A stretch of 64,000 bases of DNA from a virus: IMG/VR virus record IMGVR_UViG_3300037467_000284, positions 1 through 64,000 of that record; one strand, given 5' to 3'. The notes below the pieces were generated by a model. That model saw only the letters and a program-made list of their open reading frames with translations, was not told where the DNA came from and did not search any database. The translations under genes and the position numbers were made by a program. The number at the start of each line of letters is the position of its first letter. Positions within the stretch are counted from its first letter, which is position 1. Shown piece by piece: positions 15,786 to 23,798 of this stretch.

Positions 15786-16490
15786 TCACGCTTGAGATAT
15801 TCGCTTTGCATTTGCGGCTTCATAGATAAGATGAATATCGGAATTAAAATCTACGAAAGCATCAGTGTTGAACCGGGAACCGAATTTTCCGTCAAGCATA
15901 GAGATAATGCCGGTGTCGCCATCGTCATCGTACCTTGGATATGGCGTATCTAACACTTCAGCCGAGAAATCAGAAATCTTGCGAAAGATAATCGGGTTTC
16001 CGATGAATTGAAAAACGCGGTCAACAGCCAGCAAGCCGAAAACAGTTCGCTTAGGGCCAATGCACTGTTCAGCATTCGGCAAAGCTACATCAGTAAGCCA
16101 CGAACTATAGGCCGCCTGAGCAACACGGTTATTGTCATAGTCCGTGATGAAATAGCCGTCAATGTCCGCTTGAATCATCAGTTCATTATTGATGATGTAA
16201 TAGTCGAGAAATTCCGCATTCATCTTTTCGATGATGGCATACAAAGCTTCGTCGCACAGGCCCAATACCTTGATTACAGCATCGGTAGTGGGCATGATGC
16301 CCGCTGGAAGGGGCACGACATCGTAAACATCAGCTGTTGCCTTGTGATATTTACGGCACGAATCGTTACACTGTTTGGCCGATTCCATTGCTTCAGCCAT
16401 CGTCGCGTAAGAGTCATAGCAAGTGCCTCCTTCAACTTCGCATAGTTCGCCAGTTTCGATTACGCGAACGGCATAGAAAGTATGTTTCAT
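15786..16490 (-). CDS. hypothetical protein
   Basis: 234 aa, the largest gene of the AT-rich operon. RBS present. Confidence 0.65.
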   Translation of the reverse strand: MKHTFYAVRVIETGELCEVEGGTCYDSYATMAEAMESAKQCNDSCRKYHKATADVYDVVPLPAGIMPTTDAVIKVLGLCDEALYAIIEKMNAEFLDYYIINNELMIQADIDGYFITDYDNNRVAQAAYSSWLTDVALPNAEQCIGPKRTVFGLLAVDRVFQFIGNPIIFRKISDFSAEVLDTPYPRYDDDGDTGIISMLDGKFGSRFNTDAFVDFNSDIHLIYEAANAKRISQA

Positions 16491-16532
16491 TATTATTTCC
16501 CTTGTTAGGTGAATTAAAACATCGCATGTAAT

Positions 16533-16556
16533 AGCGCATTACCGAAGCAATACGCT
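16533..16556 (-). repeat. intercistronic stem-loop family, copy 5 (divergent)
   Basis: AGCGCATT-8 nt-AATACGCT. The single C/A mismatch on the plus strand is a G.U pair on the coding (minus) strand. Confidence 0.5.
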
Positions 16557-16572
16557 ATAGCCTGAAATGTCT

Positions 16573-16839
16573 TTATTGCGGATCGTACTCTTCCAACATT
16601 TGTGGTTCCCCGTGCGCAGTTGGAAACGCGATTTGCCCGAACTCATTGACATAAGAGTCTTTGTGTACGGCATATAAGCGCCACGGACCGGAGATTTTGC
16701 CACCAGCGTTTTTAACTTGCCGTTTTGCCTCTTGCACCGTTGCCCCCTTGCCCCAGTGATTCGGAACAGTGATTAAGAAAATAAAATCAGGTGTCAGAAT
16801 GTTGTGCTTATTGTTCGGAATCGTTTTTGGTTTAATCAT
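16573..16839 (-). CDS. hypothetical protein (first gene of the AT-rich leftward operon)
   Basis: 88 aa with a GGAGGGTAACAAAATG RBS. Confidence 0.6.
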   Translation of the reverse strand: MIKPKTIPNNKHNILTPDFIFLITVPNHWGKGATVQEAKRQVKNAGGKISGPWRLYAVHKDSYVNEFGQIAFPTAHGEPQMLEEYDPQ

Positions 16840-17326
16840 TTTGTTACCCTCCTAAGAAATCACTAAAGTGAACACAAAATCATGCCTCCTGAACATGCCT
16901 AGATATATGTTCGGTTTAGCTCAGTCGGCATTGTTTTGCGCCTTATGGGCACATTCTTTTTTCCGTCATTCTTGACGTTTAATCACTCCCCGTCTCGCGT
17001 ACCATCCCGGTAGGCTATCGGATCAAAGCTTTCTTACTCGTATGCCGTGCCAAGAGGATTTAGGACCGAAGTCATGTCTACACTTGAACACTCAACTTAT
17101 CCGCTACACGCTGCCATCCCGGCAGTGCCACACTACTAAACTACTAAAACATACAACAGACCACAGAATACCAAACGGCTTAGGTATGTGCAATACCTAA
17201 ATCAAAATATTTCCACACGAATCGCAAAGCTGTTGCCTAACGACAAATTGCGCACGCGTAACACGCGAATAGCACGGGCCATGTAGCCGAGTCAAGCAAT
17301 TTCGGACGTAGTGTTGCTTTCCTATC

Positions 17327-18110
17327 TTATCCACAGGTTAGCAGCGTATCTAGCACTACTTATCCACATGCTCTAAAACGCGTTAAACGGGCCTGTAAGG
17401 CGTCCGGGAAGTCGGATGAACCCGTTTTCATCCGGTGTCCTGCGTGCCGTGGCAGTGCCTCAAAACGCGTTTAAACGGCATTGTCGAAAAGCAATTTTCT
17501 GTGGATAAGCTGTGGATTACACGTTTTTAACACTTTCAACATGAGTTTTTACATGGCATTTCGTCAGTCATCAAGCCGAACTCTGCCCGGACGGTAGGAC
17601 GCCACAACGGAAAACATCAGTAAAATCAATCACTTGAGTCTTATATAAGAGTTGGAAAATTCATCTATATGAATCGGTGGCACTCTTATATAAGACCTAA
17701 GACCACTCTTATATAAGACTAGGGAAAATGTAAAACACGGATTCATATAGATGACTAGATGAGTTAGTGGTATGGCTTTTGCCTTAGCAAGTAGCGTGCC
17801 AGCTACCACTACTTTGCCTGCTAGCTAGCCTGTCTTTGCTTTGTAGGTATGGTTCATAACCTTTTGTCATACCTTGTTTCCTGCTACGCTGGAACATCTG
17901 GGAATTTATACAGGATGGAACGAACGAAACATTAGGTTCTTACAAGCAATGTAATCACGGCTAGCTATTGCTATGCGATAGCTTATAAGCCGTGCTTATG
18001 CCTAGCTTTAGCTTGTGGATAACATGCATTGCTAGCAACTTTCCTAAAGGTTGTCCACAGGGACAGGGCTGTTTGCGCCTTTTGGCAGGGTTTTCCACAG
18101 CTTGTTCACA
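17327..18110. promoter_or_regulatory. DnaA-box cluster (oriC-like or DnaA-titrating region)
   Basis: Perfect TTATCCACA at 17327-17335 and 17360-17368. Perfect TGTGGATAA at 17500-17508 and 18014-18022. One-mismatch boxes at 17511-17519, 18051-18059 and 18091-18099. A two-mismatch box at 18102-18110. Confidence 0.7.
17638..17754. repeat. iteron-like 15-bp repeats plus a flanking 15-bp inverted repeat, AT-rich
   Basis: ACTCTTATATAAGAC at 17682-17696 and 17705-17719, with an inverted copy at 17638-17652. TTCATCTATATGAATC (17660-17675) pairs with GATTCATATAGATGA (17740-17754). Confidence 0.8.
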
Positions 18111-18270
18111 GATTTGCTGCTTTCAAGCAACGCCTTGCAATATTGGCAAGGAGTGGGCAGGATGTTAGCGCTAGCAGGAAAAGCAGCTCAGGGAAGGCTA
18201 GCAGCTAGAGACGCTTGGAAGGCTCCTAAACCTTCTGACTAAGATGGGGCGAGATAGGCTGGAACCACGC

Positions 18271-18341
18271 TAAGAAAGAAGTAGAAAATTCCCCACTCCC
18301 TGTCGAAATTCTGACTTCTGATTTCCAGATAGGATTTCGAG
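18271..18341 (+). repeat. long direct repeat, copy 1
   Basis: 18271-18309 is identical to 23629-23667 (39 of 39). The next 32 nt match 19 of 32 without gaps by manual alignment. Confidence 0.9.
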
Positions 18342-18349
18342 ACAAGCCC

Positions 18350-18379
18350 AAAAAGAAAAGCCCCGCACGAAGGCGGGGC
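18350..18379 (-). terminator. rho-independent terminator of the 22924-18407 leftward block
   Basis: GCCCCGC-ACGAAG-GCGGGGC. On the minus strand it is followed by TTTTCTTTTT. It lies 28 nt after the stop of gene 18407-18784. Confidence 0.75.
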
Positions 18380-18406
18380 CGGGACGCGTTTGGAAATTTT
18401 TACGTT

Positions 18407-18784
18407 TCAAAATCCTTTCCACTGGAAGTGAATGGTATTAACGTACTGCCATTCAATCGCCCCAGTAAGCCCAATTAGCACAATCTGCGCAATGGCCCAG
18501 CCGGTCGAGACATCTTTGAATAGGTAGTACAGCATGCTACCGGATGCCACTACCAGCAGCAGGCAGTAGAAGGCGATAAGAATCCACGGGACGTTCTGCG
18601 TAGCAACCTCAGCGGAAAGTACGAGCACTACAGCGGATGGGACAAACAGCACGGTTGCGAACGTCGAACCCAAGATGCGGAGGACTGATTCGATGGCGAA
18701 AGCCTTGGTTTTCTCATAGCACATGAGAGCCCCAAGGCCAGCGACAACAAGCCATAAGATCAAACTGTCAGTGGCGGTTGGCAT
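18407..18784 (-). CDS. integral membrane protein
   Basis: 125 aa with about four hydrophobic helices. Confidence 0.6.
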   Translation of the reverse strand: MPTATDSLILWLVVAGLGALMCYEKTKAFAIESVLRILGSTFATVLFVPSAVVLVLSAEVATQNVPWILIAFYCLLLVVASGSMLYYLFKDVSTGWAIAQIVLIGLTGAIEWQYVNTIHFQWKGF

Positions 18785-18794
18785 GGTAGGCTCC

Positions 18795-19406
18795 TTAGAC
18801 GTACTTCTCAGCGTTAAAGGCTTCCATGAACGCGTTAAAGCCGTCCGGGTCGCCTACGGTGTAGTTCCAGTCCGCTACCACTTCGCTGCCATCGTCCGCG
18901 TTGCCGAACACGAAGCGAATGTAGTGTTGGCCGAAACCTTCTTTAAAGACGTACAAGGTGCAGTCGTCTAGATTGAACATGACTTCCATTGCCTGCTTCG
19001 TGAAGTCGCCCTTGTTCAGTAGGATTTGGGTCAATTCTTCGCCGTCATCGATGTCCACCAACTTGAATCCGGCTTGCTGAAGCTCGGTAAGCAGGGCGTA
19101 GACAACTTTACGCTCGTTCTTGGCCCGGATGTGCATCGGCTCGTTCTTCCAGAGCACCTTATCGATGTCCAGAGCCGGGAAGCCGTTCTCTGCTACGCTG
19201 GTGTCAACACCTCTGCATTCAAGCAGGTAGCGTACGAAGGCAGCTTCTAGCTTAGCTGCCCTGTCGTCCATCTGGAGCGTGATGTTCGATTGCTTGGCCC
19301 GGAATTGCATGTCTTCGAAGGCATGGTCGATGATTGCCTGTTCTTCCTGCGTCAGAACAGTGGAACGCTTGTTGAGGAAATCGCGGTCTGCGGCTGATAG
19401 GGTCAT
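18795..19406 (-). CDS. hypothetical protein
   Basis: ATG at 19406 after AAGGAG. It abuts the stop of the upstream gene at 19408. The longer track ORF overlaps that gene. Confidence 0.6.
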   Translation of the reverse strand: MTLSAADRDFLNKRSTVLTQEEQAIIDHAFEDMQFRAKQSNITLQMDDRAAKLEAAFVRYLLECRGVDTSVAENGFPALDIDKVLWKNEPMHIRAKNERKVVYALLTELQQAGFKLVDIDDGEELTQILLNKGDFTKQAMEVMFNLDDCTLYVFKEGFGQHYIRFVFGNADDGSEVVADWNYTVGDPDGFNAFMEAFNAEKYV

Positions 19407-19407
19407 T

Positions 19408-19674
19408 TCACTTCTCCTTTGGTTGCTTGGTTGCTTGGTTGATTGCTGCTTTGATTTCATCGTGCATTCGATGAGCCTTGGACGGGGCAATAGCGTACTT
19501 GCGGACGGTGGATTCCAGATACAGCAAGTCACTGCCCGGATAGGTTGTTGCGAAGTAGGACGCCCCTTTCGTCTTACGACCGTCCGGGTACTTTACAAGC
19601 CATACTGTTCGGTCGGATAACTTGGAATGCAGGGTGACAGTGGGGACAGGCCGTGGCTGAGTTGCGTAAGTCAT
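19408..19674 (-). CDS. hypothetical protein
   Basis: 88 aa. Its start overlaps the upstream stop (ATGA). Confidence 0.55.
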   Translation of the reverse strand: MTYATQPRPVPTVTLHSKLSDRTVWLVKYPDGRKTKGASYFATTYPGSDLLYLESTVRKYAIAPSKAHRMHDEIKAAINQATKQPKEK

Positions 19675-19940
19675 GACTGCGCCTTCCTGATCACGAGCTT
19701 GTCGATCTTCACGCTGGAACCATCTTCAGCGAATACGATGTCTTTGAAGTAGGCACTAGCTTTCTTGAACCACTCCTTGTCATTCTCGTACTTCACTTCT
19801 AGCCGCACAGAAGTAGCCTGCATCTTGACGCGGAGTGTTCCACCAGCGAATTCCCGTTGGAAGTGTCCCCAACGATCTTGCTTGTAGCCAGCCAACGGGA
19901 GGAAATCATGGAGGCGTTGCTCATTGGATATCTTGCCCAT
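19671..19940 (-). CDS. hypothetical protein
   Basis: ATG at 19940 after GGAGG. It abuts the stop at 19942. Confidence 0.55.
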   Translation of the reverse strand: MGKISNEQRLHDFLPLAGYKQDRWGHFQREFAGGTLRVKMQATSVRLEVKYENDKEWFKKASAYFKDIVFAEDGSSVKIDKLVIRKAQS

Positions 19941-19941
19941 G

Positions 19942-20124
19942 TCATGACCTCCGCAGTACGGTAGTGTACACGGTGACGGTTTGCCCACTGTAGGTCTGGG
20001 CAAGGTTGGCTTTAGCAGTGTTATACTCCTGCTCGTTATCGAACGTCACAACCTGCGAGGTCAGTGAGGAAGCGTTGCTCTCGCTGTACGGGTGCTCGTG
20101 GACAGTGATAAGGACAGTCAGCAT
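19942..20124 (-). CDS. hypothetical protein
   Basis: 60 aa with an AAGGAGC RBS. Confidence 0.5.
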   Translation of the reverse strand: MLTVLITVHEHPYSESNASSLTSQVVTFDNEQEYNTAKANLAQTYSGQTVTVYTTVLRRS

Positions 20125-20170
20125 TTCAAGCTCCTTTTGGTTGATGGAGAGTGCTACAACATCAGCCTAT

Positions 20171-20202
20171 CACAAACGACAACGCCCCGCAAGAGCGAGG
20201 CG
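20171..20202 (-). terminator. possible internal terminator
   Basis: The minus strand folds CGCCTCGC-TCTT-GCGGGGCG (one G.U pair), followed by TTGTCGTTTGTG. Confidence 0.4.
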
Positions 20203-20225
20203 CATAGTGTGGTAAGAACGTAGCA

Positions 20226-20630
20226 CTACTTACGGATAGGCTCACGAACAGTGGGCTTCTCTTCGGCCTCCACTCGCTGTATGCTGTCTCTTTCCCAACT
20301 CGGGCCGGAAAACACAGGACGAGACTTAAACTCAACAGCCGTGATTTGCCAATTGTGGGCCAACAAAGATGCAATGTGCTGGCGGCGCTTAGGGAACAGA
20401 ACAAGCAGTTCAGCAAAGGCAGCTTGCTTAGCCTCCCGTACTTGTTCAGCTACTTCCGTGGCAGATGCCATAGCCTCATTGCCTGACCAGTACTCTCCCA
20501 GTCCTCCATCATCGGTCTGCCAAGCACCGGGGCCGTCCGGGGCGTCCTCGATCAACTTAACCGCGTGAGTGTAGTGGCGTCCATTGGCGTTGATGCCAAT
20601 GATTGCGTAAGCGTTAGGTTGAGTTTTCAT
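20226..20630 (-). CDS. hypothetical protein
   Basis: 134 aa. Its start overlaps the upstream stop. Confidence 0.6.
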   Translation of the reverse strand: MKTQPNAYAIIGINANGRHYTHAVKLIEDAPDGPGAWQTDDGGLGEYWSGNEAMASATEVAEQVREAKQAAFAELLVLFPKRRQHIASLLAHNWQITAVEFKSRPVFSGPSWERDSIQRVEAEEKPTVREPIRK

Positions 20631-21031
20631 TATTCTTCCTCGTCCGGGATTGCTTCAACGGCAGCACGGGCCTTAGCTACCATTTCCTCGTACTTCTGCA
20701 CATGCGCCAGTAGCTCTTGCTTAGTGGCGTACCGGGAGACCGGAAGAAGGGACGGCTCGTTCAGGGCACGGACTTGAACCAGTGCGTCACGCTCGGCGTT
20801 ATGACGGCGAGCAGCGGCGACATCGAATTCCAGCCATCCACCGTGACCGAAGCCATTCCCGTTAGCGGCGAAGCGTTTCTCAGTGCCAGCATCGGTAGTC
20901 ACCGTTATCTGCCCAGATGGGCTTACCTTAGTGATTTTTCCGAAGACGTAGTACCCGAACGTGCGGCTGTTGATTGCCACTTCATTACCTATCGGCTCGC
21001 CGTGTTTCAGCCTATACTCATGGATGTTCAT
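20630..21031 (-). CDS. hypothetical protein
   Basis: ATG at 21031 (MNIHEYRLKHGE...) after AAGGGG. The longer track ORF overlaps two upstream genes. Confidence 0.55.
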   Translation of the reverse strand: MNIHEYRLKHGEPIGNEVAINSRTFGYYVFGKITKVSPSGQITVTTDAGTEKRFAANGNGFGHGGWLEFDVAAARRHNAERDALVQVRALNEPSLLPVSRYATKQELLAHVQKYEEMVAKARAAVEAIPDEEE

Positions 21032-21044
21032 CGCTACATACCCC

Positions 21045-21203
21045 TTATTGGAAGTTATCCCACTGGCGTTTGGTGTCCATGCGTTCCCACTGCTTGCCAC
21101 GCTTCGCCTGCTGGACAGGCTCTTGCTGTTCCCCACGCGGAGGGCGTGCGTTGCGTTCCTTGCGTGCAGTGCTCTTGCTCTCAAAATTGCTATTGCCTTG
21201 CAT
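21045..21203 (-). CDS. small basic protein (52 aa)
   Basis: Found manually. GGGAGA RBS. It fills the gap between 21243 and 21031 exactly. Confidence 0.4.
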   Translation of the reverse strand: MQGNSNFESKSTARKERNARPPRGEQQEPVQQAKRGKQWERMDTKRQWDNFQ

Positions 21204-21242
21204 GATGCGATATTCTCCCTAGTTGTTGGTGTTTGTTGCTGC

Positions 21243-21788
21243 TTATACTGCGAAAGCCTTGTCACGCAGCTTTTCGGCTTTGCGTTGCTTCCGGGTGACG
21301 GCCACGCGGGTGTTCGACCACACTTTGTTGCTGTAGCCTTTGACACGGATAGCCTTGCCATCTTCACGCCCGGTGAAACGGCCTTCCAGCTTGTTACGGC
21401 TCTCGTAGAGCTTCACATGCACACCGAAGGGCCAGTTGGTAGCCGGATGCGAGTAGCTAGCAGGCTGGGATTCTGCTGCGAAATCTTCGGCTGCGATTCC
21501 AGCACTATCCGCCAACGATTCTTCTTTCGAGTCGAACAGGAGAGGCACGCTTGCCTTGTCGGTGTCGTCGCTGGTTGCTGCTTTCGGGGCGGGAATGGAG
21601 CCGTTAATAGGCTCTTTCCCGGTGGCCTGCAAGTGCTTGGTGATTGCGCCCTTGGCGTTGCCCAGCGTTGCGTAGCCGTCAATGTTAAACTTCGTGTCAT
21701 TCTCGGTGCTCTGCACGAAGAAGCGGTCGGACGAGTTGGCGATGCCGCACAGGATGGTGAAGCCTTTGTATTCAACGGTTTTCTGCAT
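21243..21788 (-). CDS. hypothetical protein
   Basis: 181 aa with a GGAGAG RBS. Confidence 0.6.
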   Translation of the reverse strand: MQKTVEYKGFTILCGIANSSDRFFVQSTENDTKFNIDGYATLGNAKGAITKHLQATGKEPINGSIPAPKAATSDDTDKASVPLLFDSKEESLADSAGIAAEDFAAESQPASYSHPATNWPFGVHVKLYESRNKLEGRFTGREDGKAIRVKGYSNKVWSNTRVAVTRKQRKAEKLRDKAFAV

Positions 21789-22069
21789 TTCAGCTCTCCA
21801 GAGAGGAAGTTGGTTTCGGTTTATTTCTGCTACGTAAGTAGCTAGCTAGTGCTACGTATTATGCCGAGCAAATTATGAACGTGCAAGCACATTTTGAACG
21901 TCATGGGAAGTGTTGCGAGGACGCCACACGCGAAGACCAAGCGTTGCGTTGAGGCGGTAGTAGGCGGGGAGGACGTAGAGGACGAAGCTAGTCATAATGC
22001 TGTCGGGACAGGGTGAGTTGATAGAGTGGACATCCTACCATATTTCCCCTGTCCCGCAGCGCGGGAAGC

Positions 22070-22924
22070 TTATTTAGTCGGTGCTGGAGCCTTTTGGAAG
22101 CGTCCCCCAGTTCCGCGCTGCTTGCCTCCGGTGGGAGCCTTCGCGGCTGGCTGCTGTTGTGCCGGTGCTATGGGCTGTGCCCCGGCTTGTTCCAGATGTT
22201 GCGCAAACTGCGCCACGGGGTCAGCGCTGGCTTTCACTGCTTGCAGCATCGCCTTACTCTTTGCAACTGCGTCTGCTGCCTCTTGCTTGATGGCTTTTTC
22301 GAACTCAACCGTCAGTTCAGCGATGGCTTTCTGCGCCGCGTCACGATCTGTGGTAGCCTTCTGAACTTCCGCGTCGAGCAGCGCGATGTGCTGCTGTTGT
22401 GCCATGATGAACTTGTTGAGAGTTTCGATGCGACGGAACAAGCCAACACTGGGCAGTTCGCCAGCTACATCGGCAGGCAGCTCAGGCTTTACAGGAGCCT
22501 GCGGAATCGGGGCCAGCGTCTCGCCCGGTTGCGGCAAGTTGCCTTGTGCAGCGGGAGGGGCTGGCTGATGCTCGATAGCCTTGGCTGCGCTCTTGCGGGG
22601 CGTTGCCGGGGCAGGAGCGGACACCAGTGCGCCCGGAGCGGAAGACGCCAAGATATTCGGCAAGTGACGGGGCGTGCGCGGGAGACGCTGACGGATACGC
22701 AACACTTGATCGTTCCTGTTAGTCGCCTGCTTGAAGCGTTCCATCAGTACCTTCTCGTCTGCTGCGGACAGAGGGGCGGTCATGTGGTAGTAGTCCAGCG
22801 GCACGTATTTCGGATTGCCGTGGCCGTCCCATGCCTGAATCTGGTTCCCGTTGATTGTGTCAGACAGGAAGACAACAGCAGCATTTTTGGCGCGGTCGAA
22901 GCGGCAGAGGATGTCAGTAGCCAT
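22070..22924 (-). CDS. hypothetical protein with Pro/Ala-rich linker and C-terminal coiled coil
   Basis: 284 aa with an AAGGAG RBS. It is the first gene of the leftward block. Confidence 0.65.
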   Translation of the reverse strand: MATDILCRFDRAKNAAVVFLSDTINGNQIQAWDGHGNPKYVPLDYYHMTAPLSAADEKVLMERFKQATNRNDQVLRIRQRLPRTPRHLPNILASSAPGALVSAPAPATPRKSAAKAIEHQPAPPAAQGNLPQPGETLAPIPQAPVKPELPADVAGELPSVGLFRRIETLNKFIMAQQQHIALLDAEVQKATTDRDAAQKAIAELTVEFEKAIKQEAADAVAKSKAMLQAVKASADPVAQFAQHLEQAGAQPIAPAQQQPAAKAPTGGKQRGTGGRFQKAPAPTK

Positions 22925-23628
22925 TTTGATACTCCTTAGTAGAGGGAAGATTTAAGTCGGTGCTTGCGTTGCTTTCGTCCTTTGGTTCGTATGCATCGCG
23001 GACAATTCCAATGGTAGCGAAATCTGCGGACAGTTCAAGCAGAAATTCAATCGTGCGCAGAGTGTTTTGAGATGTTTTGAGATTACGCAAGGATTTTCGT
23101 GGTGAATAAACAACATAACCGGAAAAATTTTCTTACAGGCTTTGTAAGTTGCCAGTGCTGCGTTCTGTTTGCTTTTCGGAAAGTCAGAATTCTCTTACAA
23201 AACAGGGAGTTACGTAGGAAAGAACGAAGCAATACATAGCTATCTACCGCGATGCAGCAATAGGTTAGAAGCTATTTAACTGTAAGTCTGTCCAGTATTT
23301 TCCTTGTCGTACGCCCAATTTTCAGGTAAAATGAGAAGTGGGTGGGAGATTGCCCGTTATTCAGGATCGCTGTTTTCTGCCTAAAATTTACTCAAATTTG
23401 AAGGAGCCGTAAGCCTTCTGGGCCGCTGCATTGTCCAGAGCGAACAGGAACGTACCAACGTAGCGAGAAGACAACAGACAGGGTAGAAAGTGCTCCCTAG
23501 CAACCTTCGAGGGGCTGTGGCAACTTTCAGCCCTAGCGAAGAAAGTAGGGTTGCGTTACATGCCAAGGTAAGACGCGGAGAACGTTTTGCTGTTCCTTGC
23601 TGTGCAGGAGAACAACTGACCCTTCACA

Positions 23629-23699
23629 TAAGAAAGAAGTAGAAAATTCCCCACTCCCTGTCGAAATCTCAGCACATGATTTCTAAGTAGGATTCCGGG
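23629..23699 (+). repeat. long direct repeat, copy 2
   Basis: See 18271-18341. It lies 5358 bp from copy 1 in the same orientation. Confidence 0.9.
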
Positions 23700-23732
23700 A
23701 AAATGTTTTTGTAAGAACGTAGCACTACCTGC

Positions 23733-23761
23733 TTGACAAACGAAATTTCTGCGTGCAGAAT
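23733..23761 (+). promoter_or_regulatory. sigma70-type promoter, start of the long rightward module
   Basis: TTGACA (23733-23738), 17 nt, CAGAAT (23756-23761). Confidence 0.6.
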
Positions 23762-23798
23762 GCGTACCACTACCAACCACTCAACCAAGGAGAAAACA

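Noticed and set aside
16912-16945. tRNA-like D-arm sequence GGTTTAGCTCAGTCGG
   Set aside because: Downstream sequence gives no anticodon stem, no T arm (no GTTCRAnYC) and no acceptor pairing. It looks like a chance resemblance only.
18051-18242. 63-aa plus-strand ORF
   Set aside because: It starts within a DnaA-box cluster, has no RBS and has an isolated orientation. It is probably a chance ORF in regulatory DNA.
20961-22939. Long plus-strand ORFs (20961-21845, 22094-22939) inside the leftward block
   Set aside because: They are antisense to tightly packed, RBS-supported minus-strand genes. Their products are Cys/Arg/Leu-rich low-complexity and have no RBS.
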